This document shows, piece after piece, positions 25,153 to 38,974 of a stretch of DNA of 59,304 bases (position 1 is its first letter; each line of letters opens with the position of its first letter). Origin of the DNA: Nemertoderma westbladi (Eukaryota > Animalia > Xenacoelomorpha). The position numbers and the translations under genes are program-made. The notes under the pieces are model-generated. The model did no database searches, had not been told where the DNA came from, and saw nothing but the letters and a program-made list of their open reading frames with translations. Location of the stretch: contig JAUCBJ010007838.1 of the NCBI GenBank assembly GCA_032718475.1, positions 1 through 59,304 on the forward strand, written 5' to 3'.

Positions 25153-27277
25153 TGTTACAAAGGCCATCGTAATACAAGGCCTGCTCACTACATTCTAGAA
25201 TACATCGATCGCTGATATAAGAAGTCATACCTTTTGGCATTTTCTTATTGCTGTAGGGGAAAATACTGTACCCATAGTTCAAAGTTATGTTACTCGGGCT
25301 GACTAAAAAGGATTTAATGATATAATATAGCAAATTGAAGAAGAAAGCCTTGCATTACGATGCTTTGGGTCATTTTTGTTTGTTGGGCTTGCAATTCGCA
25401 TAATACCCCTTTAATTGCTTCTAAATAATTCACTTATTTTTGCCGTGTTTTATTTAAAAACAAAGCGTTAAGACTAATTAGGATACAGTAGATGTAGATC
25501 GGAAAACTAATTATACTATGCGATTTTCTGAAATCATTTATAAGTAGGCCTACTTTCAGAGTATAATTTTTAGCTTGCGTTTGGGTGCGTGGGTATTTCA
25601 CGGCGCCTTATTGTTATATATCCGCAAAAAATTTCGTGCTAGTTACCTTATTGTTTTCGTTATAAATGTCGTTTATTGTTTTGGTTAGACTAACGTGCCA
25701 CTGCAACTTGCTCGCTTCCCTTAATTTGTAATTTAACATTGAGAGAGATATCAATGCGCCGAGATGGGATTTCCTTTGTCTCGCAATTAAATACTGAATC
25801 GAATGGGTCTGATGTGTAGCTTATTATACTGTAGGATCTGTTCCTGGCCATCTTGGGATACATCATCTAACTTGTATCTTCCTTGTAATAGAACTAAGAA
25901 ATTCTGTAGCGATTTGAAGTAATTACCATTGTCTGATTGTTGTGCATTGAAAATTCACTTCTTACACGGATTTTCTTATCTACTTTAATCAATAATATCA
26001 AGTAATAAATCAATAATAGATATCAATAACAGATACATGAAGTACTGTACTTTAGCTACAGCTACAGTAGTTCTAATTATCTTATTAATTCTGGAGAATT
26101 TGTGTCCTAACAACAGTAAATAGTAATTACTGTAGTACTAGTAATGTAAATACTGTAATCAAATCAACCGCATTATTACACCGCTATCGGAATATAAAAT
26201 TACTGTAAATACTGTACATGGCAGGGTAGCTAGCAATTTATGTAACTATTTTTAACTAAAATGAAAAGTCAGCCCGGCTATGTGGCATGTGGGTATCACC
26301 GATGGGCAGCTATTTATTGAATCTCGCGACTGGTGTGGAATCGGCAACCCGCTGGAGAAGGTATGGATTCCTGTGACGCAGTCTGTCTCATCCAAACGTG
26401 TACTTTACAGATGTAAATGTTAATAACTCACTACAGCCCTCATCAATTTATAGCGCAGAAATTTCGGAACCTCATAAGGATCGCTCTCTCTCGATTACGT
26501 CTGAGTTCCCATCGTCTGAGGGTTGAAACTCGGCGGTGGTCGAGAATACCTCGGGAGAGACGACTATGCCCATGTAGTGTGTTTCTGAGGTACAAACAGA
26601 AGATCACGTAATAGTCTCGTGTGAGTTAACTACTACTGTAGTGTTCGTCAATCGCCAAAGTTCGCCACGATAAACTTGTCCTCTCTTACTCAGTTTCTGT
26701 TTTCTTCGCCACAGAGCGCAGTAGCAGAAGCGGCATTCGATATTTTAAAATTAGCAGAACAACAATTTTTCTCACGACACTACACTATTAGTCGATGAAC
26801 TGCTTTTAGTCGTTAATGATGGTGAGGGAAGTCCTTTGTACTTGATTTATATTTCGGATTACGATAGTTGGATTACGATACGAACGTTGGAAAGTATTAT
26901 CGGTTAATATTTATCGTAGGTTTTACAATTTTACTTTGGTTAGAAATTATTTTGGACGGTTATTTTGGACAGTTATGTTGGGCAGTTCTTCCTAGGTTTA
27001 TATATATGATAAATCTGTTTTGAAATGAGGTTTTTCACAGGTGATATTCTGATATTTTCATGGACAATAATTGTTTTATTATTTGAATTTGGATTATGTA
27101 TAATGTTATACACCCCGCTTATTGTCAATAAATAATAATAATAATAATGACATTATAATTTTATACAAAAACAAGTACTGTATGACTTCTTTGATCAGCT
27201 GATCGTGGGGGCTGAGCCCGAGCTACCTGTAGGCCATGCCTGAGCAGGCCTTGTATTACAATGGCGTTGATGTTACA
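25153..27277. mobile_element. Degenerate inverted-repeat pair, possibly an old TIR element hosting a LINE fragment
   Basis: GTAATACAAGGCCTGCTCA (about 25169) is the reverse complement of TGAGCAGGCCTTGTATTAC (27241). Confidence 0.5.
26417..27148 (+). mobile_element. 5'-truncated, decayed APE-type LINE 3' end
   Basis: LSRLRLSSHRLRVET..IPRERRLCPC..TEDHV matches the LINE ORF2 C-terminal CCHC region. Ends in an AATAA(ATA)n tail at about 27127-27147. Confidence 0.75.
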
Positions 27278-27457
27278 GTACAATACAGCAATCAGGCAAT
27301 ATGCACCAATATCTTATGCAGATGCTGAGATGCAATTTCTGAATTTGTTACATCACACTCATCACATCATAATACTGTACAGTAATATGCATACCAGCAT
27401 ACTATTACTACTGCAGTAAACTGATGACAGGATGAAGCAAGGACTGGACTCCCCGTA

Positions 27458-28071
27458 TGCTAAGTGATTTTTTTGTGCGCCGAACGCGACGCGGCGCAGA
27501 AAAAAATGTGCGCCTGCGCAGTCGAAAACAGTGCAAAATCCGCGTGCGCAGCAGAAAAACTGCGCGAGATTGGCGCGCGCAGCAGAAATTCTGCGCGAGA
27601 TTGGCGCGCACAGCAGAAATACTGCGCGAAATCTCCTACCACGTACCTGCCTGCCTACTGCTGTACTGGCCTAAAGCGCTAAAGCACACCAAGCAGCCAA
27701 GTAGCAAGTAGGAGGCTTATTATTTCAGTATTTCTTATTATACAGTCTTATCTCAGTATCTGTATTGTCATTACCCTGTTACTGTTACCGGTAGTCGGCA
27801 GACTGCCTCTGTGCCTGACTGCCAGGGGTAGCGGGTAGGTCTACTTACCGGTACTGACTTAGTGCTGTAGTGCAAGTCTGAGCCGTGCTATCAATTTTCT
27901 GCGCCTGCGCCTGTCGCGCCGCGCTCTAAATTTTCTGCGCCTGCGCGCTGCGCTCTCAATTTTCTGCGCCTGCGCGCTGCACGGCGCTGCGCTCTCAATT
28001 TTCTGCGCCTGCTCCAAATTCTGGAAAAAATTGTGCGCCGAACGCGTTCGGCGTACATGCCCTACTTAGCA
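27458..28071. mobile_element. CpG-rich inverted-repeat MITE, hAT-like
   Basis: GCGCAG(C)AGAAA repeats on the left mirror TTTCTGCGCCTGCGC on the right. The right end reads TAGGGCATG on the minus strand. Confidence 0.55.
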
Positions 28072-28936
28072 GAATGGCTGGACTCTGGCAGCTGGCTGGA
28101 CCTGGACTCGGCACACATGGCACACGGTAAATCCAGACTTCTCTAGCAGTCTAGTGACTACGGTAATCGTTATGTCAACTACTGAACTCTGGAACTAGGG
28201 CTGTAGGGAAGGCCATGCCCATGCAGCCATGTTCATGTTCTGACTTTCTGATGTTGTTTACTGGTTTATGTCACCGGTAAGCGGTAACCTGGTAACCCAG
28301 TAACCAGTTGAACTGCTGAACTGATAAACATGCACCCCTCGACCCTGCCCCTGGGCCTGGCTGCCTGGTGCCTATGGCACCTGGGGTAAAAAATTATGGA
28401 GAATCTATCTGTCTATATTTGATAATATCACATTTGAGGCACAGTGGTAAGAAATATCTTTATTGATTCCCCTATGCACTATGCCCGTGGCGAACCACTT
28501 ACTGACTTTATAGGCCTACTTTTTTTTCAAACTTTGATGATTCCCCTACTGCCACTGCCCTGCTATGCCCATGGCGAACCACATTTTATTTAGGCCTATT
28601 TATAAACTGATAAATAGTACCGGTAGTAATAATACAGTAATAACAATTATGATTAGCATACATTTATGCACTGTAATGCAGTAATGTTGCATATAATTAC
28701 CGGTACCTAATTAAGTAAAACTGCTAATTACTGAATTAACTATCAGAACTATGTATTAATAAATGGCACAAATTGCAAATTGATTTATTATTGTACAAAA
28801 TGCCACAATTCCTAAAAATATGCACCGTAATCCTAATAATCAGATAATTGCTTAATAATAATTTGAGGTTGACTTAAAAAAACGTACTAAAAAATGATCG
28901 ATAAATTAAAAATTACTTAGTTAGGTCTTATAAATT

Positions 28937-29168
28937 GGTTATCGTTCATATGCGTACCTCTGGCAAAAGAAGCAGGTTACAGTGGTAGTGTTTTCTAACC
29001 GAAACAATAAACTAATCCCATTACTTAATTAACGGAAAGGAGCAGGTTACAGTGGTGGGCTTTTCTAACCAAAACAATAAACAATATCTCAATAACATAG
29101 GGTATTTCATACTTATAGTCTTATTTTTGCAATACGAAAATACCAGAGGTACGCATATGAACTATAAC
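28937..29168. mobile_element. Mutator-like MITE with 9-bp TSD
   Basis: TIRs GTTATCGTTCATATGCGTACCTCTGG / CCAGAGGTACGCATATGAACTATAAC. TTATAAATT is duplicated at 28928-28936 and 29169-29177. Confidence 0.8.
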
Positions 29169-29466
29169 TTATAAATTAGGTCTACCTACATAATTAACTA
29201 AAAAAACTATTATTAAAAATTTATTTTTAATTATTGATTACAGGATTAGGCCTACATCAATAATACCGGTACTTACTGACTTACTGACATCGGACTTAGT
29301 ATAAAATACCACAACAAATTACTGGAAAGTAATATACACAACATAATTATATTGTGAGTTATATTATTTCAAAATATATCCTCAAAAATATATCATCATC
29401 AGTGCGGGCATAGAGATTGCCGCTTCCGCATCTGGTGCGTGTGCATTTCCACATGCTGACATGAGC

Positions 29467-30150
29467 GGTCAGCCTAAACACGCAACTACACCCAACTTTC
29501 ACCCAACTACACCCAACTACACCCAACTTTCACCCAACTACACCCAACTTTCAGCCAACTACACCCACACAGTTCCACCCCACTACACCCAACTTCCACT
29601 GCACTTCCACTTCCACTCTGCATCCAACTTACACCAAACTATACCTACTGTATGGCACCAAATATTTAACAAATTATTATTAAATCAACATCCCAAAATT
29701 ACAGCATCCATAATGAAACCCCACATCGCCAAGTGATCCACATTAAAGCCCGATGGGAAACCCCACTTGGGATCCGACTATGTAGCAACACACCTAAAGG
29801 GTGTGACATATTCCCATTTATTTTCATAATTGCAGGGCCGTGATGGCAAAATACAGTACGAGTACATGCAACTGTTAAAAGTTCATATATCAGCAATTCC
29901 TCAAAGAAGTTCAGAGTTTGTTACTTTAGGCTACATATTGTAATTTGTGGAATTTTGGTGCCATCTGCCATACAGTATAGTTTGGTGTAAGTTGGATGCT
30001 GTTGGGTTGAAGTTGGGTGTAGTTGCAGAGTTGGGTGGAAGTTTGGTTTAGTTGGGTGGTATAGTTGGGTGTACAGTAGTTGGTGAAAGTTGGGTGTAGT
30101 TGGGTGAAAGTTGGGTGTAGTTGGGTGAAAGTTGGGTGTTTAGGCTGACC
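29467..30150. mobile_element. Foldback-like MITE with repetitive TIRs
   Basis: GGTCAGCCTAAACAC + (ACCCAACTAC/TTC)n on the left mirrors (GTTGGGT..)n + GTGTTTAGGCTGACC on the right. Confidence 0.8.
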
Positions 30151-30867
30151 CCTGAACAGTGGTCAAATTAAGAAGTATTTTTCTAAAAAAGACAGATTTT
30201 TTCACGTGCTGCGCGAAGGGCACATTGTCCTCTGCAGCCGTAAAATTTACATCACATTAAATAGGCCTAAACGACCTGGAGTGCTGGAGTGTCTGTCTGT
30301 AGATTTTCCGGCAAATTGAAGGAAAATTGAGGAAATGGTGCACATTTCTGCATTTGAAAACAGGCAAAAATTGACTTTTCGAAAAAAAAAAGCCATAAAC
30401 TCATGATTTTCTATCGTGCTGCTCGAAGCGGAAAATCACCTACTTATAATTTTTTTTTCTAGGAAGTTACACATAGGTCAGAGAGTGTTTGTGTGAAATT
30501 TGAGACAAATTGGTCCAAAAATGGCCACTGGGGAAAGGTGTTTGTCACTGTGCTGTGTCTCAAATGTGATAGAACCGTTAGACAGTGATTTGAACATAAG
30601 AGGATGAGACCAGTTGAAATTCGAAAAAAATATTTTTTTGAACCACTCTAGTGTACCGAACCGAGTTCCGGTAGGCCCAACTAAACTAACCATGCAGTAT
30701 ATACACAGTAATCCGCTAATTAGTACCGTAAGTATGTCAGCGTCTGGTCGTGTTAAGTAGTAGCAAAGTGAAGATTTTATCAACCCAGCAACCTATATTC
30801 AACAATCCTTGCACCGTATGCTGAGTGAGAGTGCTGGTGTAGTTCAGTCCTTTCAGTAGGTTCTGTG

Positions 30868-31069
30868 ATGGCGAACGTTAAACCGCGTTGGTTGGATCAG
30901 TTTAATTCGTCATGGTTGGCCGAAGATTGGACGGTCCTAGCATCCTCCCAGCTATCCAGCGAGGTTTTGTACAACACGCTGATTCAAAACAAGGAACTTC
31001 CGGGGGACGCAATCGGTCTATTTGGACAGTTTGAATGGCCAATTCTACCGGAACTGAGACACGATAGCT
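30868..31069 (+). CDS. HERC1: HERC1-like E3 ubiquitin ligase, first coding exon
   Basis: MANVKPRWLDQFNSSWLAED..VLYNTLIQNKEL resembles the HERC1 N-terminus VKLKWLEHLNSSWITED..LYSKLVSNKEV. Donor |GTAAGT at 31070, phase 1. Confidence 0.88.
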
Positions 31070-31442
31070 GTAAGTCTTTCTCTATTACAATATTATGTGT
31101 TTGAGTGTTTTCGGGCTACTGTATTGGTGAAAAATATCGAGACTTTGAAAAATATCGCGATTAAATAATATCGAGAGTAAAAATTTCGCGATTAAATAAT
31201 ATCGAGAGTAAAAATATCGCAAGATGAATAGAGTGCGAAAAAATTGCGAAAGAATATCTCGATATTTTTACTCTAGGCCTATGTGTTTACTCGCGATATT
31301 TTTTAATATAACCGTTTTAGGGGATTAACCTGTGTATAGAAAGAATGATCATTAACGGCATTTATTCCACGAAAATTGTAAAATTGGGCAGCAGCGTTCC
31401 CCACTAAAAAACGAAATAACTTTTACGTGTGTTTATTTTCAG

Positions 31443-31843
31443 TATCCGTTGACGAGCAGGAATCTTACGTAGACTCATTAATAAACCTCCAAAAAGCACT
31501 CGCAAACCGCATTACATCCAACTCCACCTCAAACTCCCATCTGCAGCACCGTTTACTGGTGTTGCACCGTATCCTATACGCGGTGGGCTGTAAGTACCAG
31601 ACCTCGAGCAAGCTGCGGGACCCGGAACCGTCTAGTCCGTCTCCCGTGGTCGCCCAACCCTCTACCGACTCCAACTCAGCTCTCATAGAGATCGCGGTAA
31701 AGACCGGCCTGTCGCTCGTGTTCTCCTTGATCCAACAGAATTGGCTCCTAGCCGCGCCGCTACAACAGTCCCAAGAATCCGTCGCTCAACCCAGGATAAA
31801 CCCCCCGTTGCTTAGCAATGATATCCTACAAACCGCCCATCAG
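31443..31843 (+). CDS. HERC1: HERC1-like, second coding exon
   Basis: TTTTCAG| acceptor gives in-frame HDS-L-SVDEQESYVDSL. RLLVLHRILYA and ALIEIAVKTGLSLVFSL match HERC1. Donor CAG|GTATTT. Confidence 0.9.
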
Positions 31844-32390
31844 GTATTTAATTATTCTAAGTATAAATAATTGTTGGCCGTGTTCCTTTTTAGGCCTAAA
31901 CGATTCTCGAGGAGGGGGGGAGGGGCAATTCAAGTGATTATTTATTGAGATATTATGCCAATGATGTAGCCCGGCTCATTCCAATATAGCCGCGACTATG
32001 TCAGATAGACATTTCACCTAAAATATGACATCCTCTTACACATACCGCACCGAATCAATAATAAGATCTTTCCCACTCATCTCATCTCAAAATCATTTCC
32101 CATTCCTCCTATTAGCCGTGGCTCTGGCTCAAAGACCCTTACTCGTAATAAATATTAATCATTCCCGTGAAAGAAACGACCGGGTCTGAAATATTCGGCG
32201 GGGTTTACATTATTTGGCCGGGTTTTTGTCGGGTTTAATAATGCCGGGGTTATTAATATTAATATTGTTCAAATTATGCTCAAAGATTTTCAAATACCCA
32301 ATATATGTTGTTACCGGTATATTAGTAAAAAAAATGGTATATATATTACTGTACAGTATTATAACAATAATAAAATAAGTTACTCCTACA

Positions 32391-35157
32391 CGCTACTCCT
32401 ATCTGCTACCCTAAGGTCGGGGTGGGCGCTACTCCTATCTGCTACCCGAGGGTATGGGTGGGCGCTACTCCTATCTGCTACCCGAAGGTAGGGGTGGGCG
32501 CTACTCCTATCTCCTACCCGAGGGTAGGGGTGGGCGCTACTCCTATCTGCTACCCGAAGGTAGGGGTGGGCGCTACTCCTATCTGCTACCCGAAGGTAGG
32601 GGTGGGCGCTACTCATATCTGCTACCCGAGGGTAGGGGTGGGCGCTACTCCTATCTGCTACCCGAAGGTAGGGGTGGGCGCTACTCATATCTGCTACCCG
32701 AAGGTGGGGTGGGCGCTACTCCTATCTGCTACCCGAAGGTAGGGGTGGGCGCTGCTCATATTTGCTACCCGAGGGTAGGGGTGGGCGCTACTCCTATCTG
32801 CTACCCGAAGGTAGGGGTGGGCGCTACTCATATCTGCTACCCGAAGGTGGGGTGGGCGCTACTCCTATCTGCTACCCGAAGGTAGGGGTGGGCGCTACTC
32901 CTATCTGCTACCCGAAGGTAGGGATGGGCACTAATCCTATCTGCTACCCGAGGGTAGGGGTGGGCGCTACTCCTATCTGCTACCCGAGGGTAGGGGTGGG
33001 CGCTACTCCTATCTGTTACCCGAAGGTAGGGATGGGCACTAATCCTATCTGCTACCCGAGGGTAGGGGTGGGCGCTACTCCTATCTGCTACCCGAGGGTA
33101 GGGGTGGGCGCTACTCCTATCTGTTACCCGAAGGTAGGGGTGGGCGCTACTCCTATCTGCTACCCGAGGGTAGGGGTGGGCGCTACTCCTATCTGTTACC
33201 CGAAGGTAGGGGTGGGCGCTACTCCTATCTGCTACCCGAGGGTAGGGGTGGACGCTACTCCTATCTGCTACCCGAGGGTAGGGGTGTGCGCTACTCCTAT
33301 CTGCTACCCGAGGGTAGGGGTGGGCGCTACTCCTATCTGCTACCCGAGGGTAGGGGTGGGCGCTACTCATATCTGCTACCCGAAGGTAGGGGTGGGCGCT
33401 ACTCCTATCTGCTACCCGAGGGTAGGGGTGTGCGCTACTCCTATTTGCTACCCGAGGGTAGAGGTGTGCGCTACTCCTATCTGCTACCCGAGGGTAGGGG
33501 TGGGCGCTACTCCTATCTGCTACCCGAGGGTAGGGGTGGGCGCTACTCCTATCTGCTACCCGAGGGTAGGGGTGGGCGGTCCTCATATCTGCTACCCGAG
33601 GGTAGGGGTGGACGGTCCTCATATCTGCTACCCGAGGGTAGGGGTGGGCGCTACTCCTATCTGCTACCCGAGGGTAGGGGTGTGCGCTACTCCTATCTGC
33701 TACCCGAGGGTAGGGGTGTGCGCTACTCCTATCTGCTACCCGAGGGTAGGGGTGGGCGCTACTCCTATCTGCTACCCGAGGGTAGGGGTGGGCGCTACTC
33801 ATATCTGCTACCCGAAGGTAGGGGTGGGCGCTACTCCTATCTGCTACCCGAAGGTAGGGGTGGGCACTACTCCTATCTGCTACCCGAAGGTAGGGATGGG
33901 CGCTACTCCTATCTGCTACCCGAGGGTAGGGGTGGGCGGTCCTCATATCTGCTACCCGAGGGTAGGGGTGGGCGCTACTCCTATCTGCTACCCGAGGGTA
34001 GGGGTGTGCGCTACTCCTATCTGCTACCCGAGGGTAGGGGTGTGCGCTACTCCTATCTGCTACCCGAGGGTAGGGGTGGGCGCTACTCCTATCTGCTACC
34101 CGAGGGTAGGGGTGGGCGCTACTCATATCTGCTACCCGAAGGTAGGGGTGGGCGCTACTCCTATCTGCTACCCTAAGGTAGGGGTGGGCACTACTCATAT
34201 CTGCTACCCGAAGGTAGGGATGGGCGCTACTCCTATCTGCTACCTGAAGGTAGGGGTGGGCGCTACTCCTATCTGCTACCCGAAGGTAGGGGTGGGCGCT
34301 ACTCCTATCTGCTACCCGAGGGTAGGGGTGGGCGCTACTCCTATCTGCTACCCGAGGGTAGGGGTGAGCGCTACTCCTATCTGCTACCCGAGGGTTGGGG
34401 TGGGCGTTACTCCTATCTGCTACCCGAGGGTAGGGGTGGGCGCTACTCCTATCTGCTACCCGCGGGTTGGGGTGGGCGCTACTCCTATCTGCTACCCGAG
34501 GGTAGGGGTGGGCGCTACTCCTATCTGCTACCCGAGTGTAGGGGTGTGCGCTACTCCTATCTGCTACCCGAGGGTAGGGGTGGGCGCTACTCCTATCTGC
34601 TACCCGAGGGTAGGGGTGGGCGCTACTCCTATCTGCTACCCGAGGGTAGGGGTGAGCGCTACTCCTATCTGCTACCCGAGGGTTGGGGTGGGCGTTACTC
34701 CTATCTGCTACCCGAGGTTAGGGGTGGGCGCTACTCCTATCTGCTACCCGCGGGTTGGGGTGGGCGCTACTCCTATCTGCTACCCGAGGGTAGGGGTGGG
34801 CGCTACTCCTATCTGCTACCCGAGGGTAGGGGTGTGCGCCACTCCTATCTGCTACCCGAGGGTAGGTGTGGGCGCTACTCCTATCTGCTACCCGAGGGTA
34901 GGGGTGTGCGCTACTCCTATCTGCTACCCGAGGGTAGGGGTGGGCGCTACTCCTATCTGCTACCCGAGGGTAGGGGTGTGCGCTACTCCTATCTGCTACC
35001 CGAAGGTAGGGTTGGGCGCTACTCCTATCTGCTACCCGAGGGTAGGGGTGTGCGCTACTCCTATCTGCTACCCGAGTGTAGGGGTGGGCGCTACTCCTAT
35101 CTGCTACCCGAGGGTAGGGGTGTGCGCTACTCCTATCTGCTACCCGAGGGTAGGGGT
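32391..35157. repeat. 36-bp satellite (GGTAGGGGTGGGCGCTACTCCTATCTGCTACCCGA[A/G]), about 77 copies
   Basis: Direct periodicity, no spacers. Truncated abruptly by the LTR at 35158. Confidence 0.98.
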
Positions 35158-35359
35158 TGTTTAATCTAATATATTGCCCAATACTAGGTAATAAATACAA
35201 TCGTGTTTCACTTACTACATCAACTGTCAGACTTATATTTTACTACTTCAACACTTTTGTGCAGCAGTACTGCAGTACACATACAGACATACTAACACAA
35301 TAACACAACAGGTACCTACCGGTACACCTAAAAACCCCTCACCATATATTACTCTCACA
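35158..35359 (-). repeat. 3' LTR (202 bp)
   Basis: TGTTTAATCTAATATATTG...ACTCTCACA, a direct repeat of 39608-39800. Confidence 0.95.
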
Positions 35360-35460
35360 TTAGATATATTCTCTTTTCTTTTAGTTCTATATAATTTCTA
35401 ACTTGAGTCTATAACTCGATCGAAAATTACTTTTTTCTTTCTTCTTCTTTTTTTTCCCAT

Positions 35461-36735
35461 TCAGTTCTCAAGTAAAGATAGCAGTTCAAATCCAGGACGC
35501 TCTTTAGTGAGCACATCAGCCAAATTATTTCTAGTGTTTATTAGGTGAAGTTGAATTCCTTCAGTTTTCATTGTTTGCCGAATTACTGAGAGTTCTATTT
35601 TCAAGCGTTTCTCTACGGGTTCATTAATGACAGTATTTAAATTGTCGTATAGTCCCTTGCTGTCTGTGTAGAGTTTATTAGACTTCACCTTAATACCGAT
35701 TTCACCAAGTATAGATTTAACAAATAAAGTATAATCAACACTTGATCCTGCTGCTAATAGTTCTGCTCCGAATGTCGAACGACATACCCGCTGTATTCTA
35801 TTTGAATGCCACAATAGAACATTTCTGGTGTCATCCTGATCTTGAATACCATCTCCCAAAAAACATATAAATCCAGCCTGGGAGCGTGAATCTTCTAGAT
35901 TTGCAAATCCACCATCAACAAAAGTTTCTGTAATACAGTTATTTAAGTTAATCGGTCTACAGTGAATTTGAACTGGCTCTAGGCCTTTTGCTTTGCGCAA
36001 CAACTTATTTGCCGCTTTAATGTGTCTGATTTTCAAGCACGTAACAGAACCAAGTAAAGCCGATACTCCATAAAGTATATCTGGCCGAGTAGAATTTCCC
36101 AACCATTGAAGTGAACCCAGAAGTGATCTATAATCATGTTCATAAGAGTAGGCGTCATCTTTTACATCTAACTTCTTGTTAAACTTAATGGGTTTAATGT
36201 TATCCAAGTAACCTGGTTGAGAATAATAAATATCAAAATGATCAATATGTTCTACTGTCTCAATATGTAATCCAGTAAAGTTAAAATTAAATTTCTTATC
36301 AGTCCCTACCACCAATACTTGTTTTAAGTTCTCTATTACATTCTGAAATTTGCTTGTCCCTCCATACAACAAATCGTCTACATGAATAAGCATTAAACCA
36401 GAAATAACACCTTCATAGATGTAAAAATATAATGCACTATCACATCTAGATCGTTGTAAACCCAGACTCAGTATAATTTCATCAAGTCGATTATACCACA
36501 TCCTTGGCGCATCTACAAGCCCATAGGCACATTTCAGAAGTTTCCAATAGTTATTTGTCTCAGCTTCCATTGGAGGCTTAACATAAACGTCGCGTTGAAG
36601 TATTCCACCTTGCAAGAAAGCAGCCTTTATATCTAAAAGACAAGGTCTAAATCCTAAAGAGGGCATGATGGCCAGCATTGTTTTCAGAACATCCCGATTA
36701 GCAGTAGGAGATTCTGTTTCAGGAATATGTTTATC
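35461..36735 (-). pseudogene. Copia RT (N-terminally truncated) plus RNase H
   Basis: Motifs ESPT, LDIKAAFLQG, YGLVDAPR, HVDDLL, FVDGGFA, AELLA, YTDSK and NLADVLTK. Confidence 0.92.
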
Positions 36736-38974
36736 TATTCACATTTGATAATGAATTCTTTGCTAGAAGGCCATATCCTAAGAGCAGTTTTATAGAAATT
36801 GAGGGATTATCTTGTCTACATTTTGTAAGTATCTCTTTTAGTACTCCATTATGCCTTTCGCATATCCCATTAGAAAATGGAGAATAGCCAGCAGTTGTCT
36901 TAAGTTTACACCCAAATTTTTCTCCAAAAAGTTCTAAAATATTATTAACAAACTCACCCCCATTGTCTGAAAATAACGTTTCTGGAATACCGTAGTGTGA
37001 TAACCACTCAGCTGATATTGACTGAATCACTGAATTTGGGTGTTTATCATTTACAGCAGAGGCTATAGAGAAACGAGTGGCCAAATCAATAAGATGCAAC
37101 AATAAATACCGATTATTTGTTATCGGGTCAATCCAGTCAGATAAATCTATAGCTACAACTTCACCAAAGTCTTTAGCTAGTGGTAAAGACACCTTTGGCT
37201 TTGGTTTTGGTTTCTTATTATCATTGCAAACTTTACAATGAAGATTACTCAACTCTTGCAATACCTCTTTACTTTTTTCAGATTCAGTTTCATTTATTCC
37301 AGCAGATTTTATTGTTGAAGCTAACTTGGTATATGATGGGTGACCAAACTGAGAATGAAGCTTTTCAGCAATTTGTTTTGGTGATTTGTCCATGATATTT
37401 ATATATTCCTTATTATCCTGATTATTAACGCATTTATCAGATTTTTGGTTTCTTGATTTTATTCCATCGATCATTTTCTGTTGATTTGTTAATGGAATAC
37501 AAAAATGTCCATTAGCCGTTTGAGGAAAACACACTTGAATTCCTAGGATTGATCCACACTTGGATGAAAAATCGATAACCAAGCCTATTTTCTCTAAGGA
37601 AGTGCGGCTTAATAACAAAGGGCACCCCCCTGTAACAACATCAGTTAATAGAATCATAGACTTCCCAAAAAAATTTACCGGTATTGCAGCACTAAACATG
37701 GCATTTTTAATTCCTCCATTACCAAATTTGTAAACTGACTTAGAGGGTAATATTTTTGGAAAGTTTTTTTCATTCTGACAACTAACACTTGTAACATATT
37801 GTCTATACCATTGATCTCCACAGACAGTTTTGGTTGCTGCAGAGTCAATAATAGCAACATTACAATCGTCAAAAGAATTACAATCAGAACTTTCTAAGGC
37901 AAAAACTTGCTCAACAGATTCAGATAAAGTACTATCTTCCACCATCATATTAGTCTCAATATTTTTACTAATTGTTCCAGGTGACTTATTCTTTGTACAA
38001 GAAGCCATTAAATGAAAGCGACTTCCACATAAGTAACAACGCATATGATCACCTGTTTGAATATCCCTGGGATTCATGGAAGGTTTGTAATTTCCTGTAC
38101 CACCCCGGGCCATGTTCCAATTTCGCGTTGCTCCATCCATTCGCCAGTTAGAACTCATATTTGCCGCACTTTGTGGTCGTCTATCTGCAAATCGTGGACG
38201 ATAAATCCCAGGTTTTCCATTCCAAGTTGCTAAAGCACACTGTACAATTTCATCTTTCTCACCAGAAGAGAGATCGTCAATAGTAAAGATCTCCTCATTA
38301 TTGAGATCTTCTGTTGCTACATTTATATTATTATTATAGTGTTCATCTCGAACTACACATTCAATGTTTTTATCAGTCAATGTACCTGTGGCCAAAGCTT
38401 CTTGATCATTAGATTGAGCAATTGAAGGTTGTCGATGATCGCTAACAATTCGACGAAGTGCATTTTCAATATTTTCTGGTGAAAGGGTTCCATGAGACTG
38501 ACTTAGTGCCACTGATAAAATCAACATCTTTTGAGTTTCTGGATAACCACAATTATCAAGTAACATATACGCAAATGTGGTATCTGAAATTTCAATTTGA
38601 TATTCATTTGCTTTTTGCCGCAATCTTTTATATTCTGAGCAGTATTCTAAAGCTGATTTTGCAACTCGTTTAAAAGATATTAGAAGTTTAAACGCTTCAA
38701 ATCCCTTCACATCTTTATCCTTCTCAAAAAGTGAATCGAGTTCCACTAACAAATTACTAACACCATCTGCATGATTTAAATTTTCCTCTGGAATCGACAA
38801 TGCCAAAGACAATGCTTCACCCTTTAATGAATGAACTAATATCGCTGGTGCTTGTTTATTTTTTGTTAATGATGTAAATATTGCCCACATCCTTAGAAGT
38901 TTCTTCCATTCCTCATAATTTGGATCTTTCTCCGGTAGAATAGGAGGTACTGTTAGTGTTGACTTTTCAGCCAT
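36731..38974 (-). pseudogene. Copia Gag-protease-integrase (truncated after the integrase core)
   Basis: Zn knuckle CYLCGSRFHLMASC, protease IIDSAAT, integrase LHSQFGH..CKVC and DDE residues (AIDL, SDNGGEF, ICERHN). Confidence 0.92.

Noticed and set aside
32386-35200. 800-aa repeat ORF, and a possible CRISPR array given the 36-bp hairpin repeat
   Set aside because: Units are contiguous with no unique spacers, there are no cas genes, and the context is eukaryotic. Several frames are open simply because the unit lacks stops.
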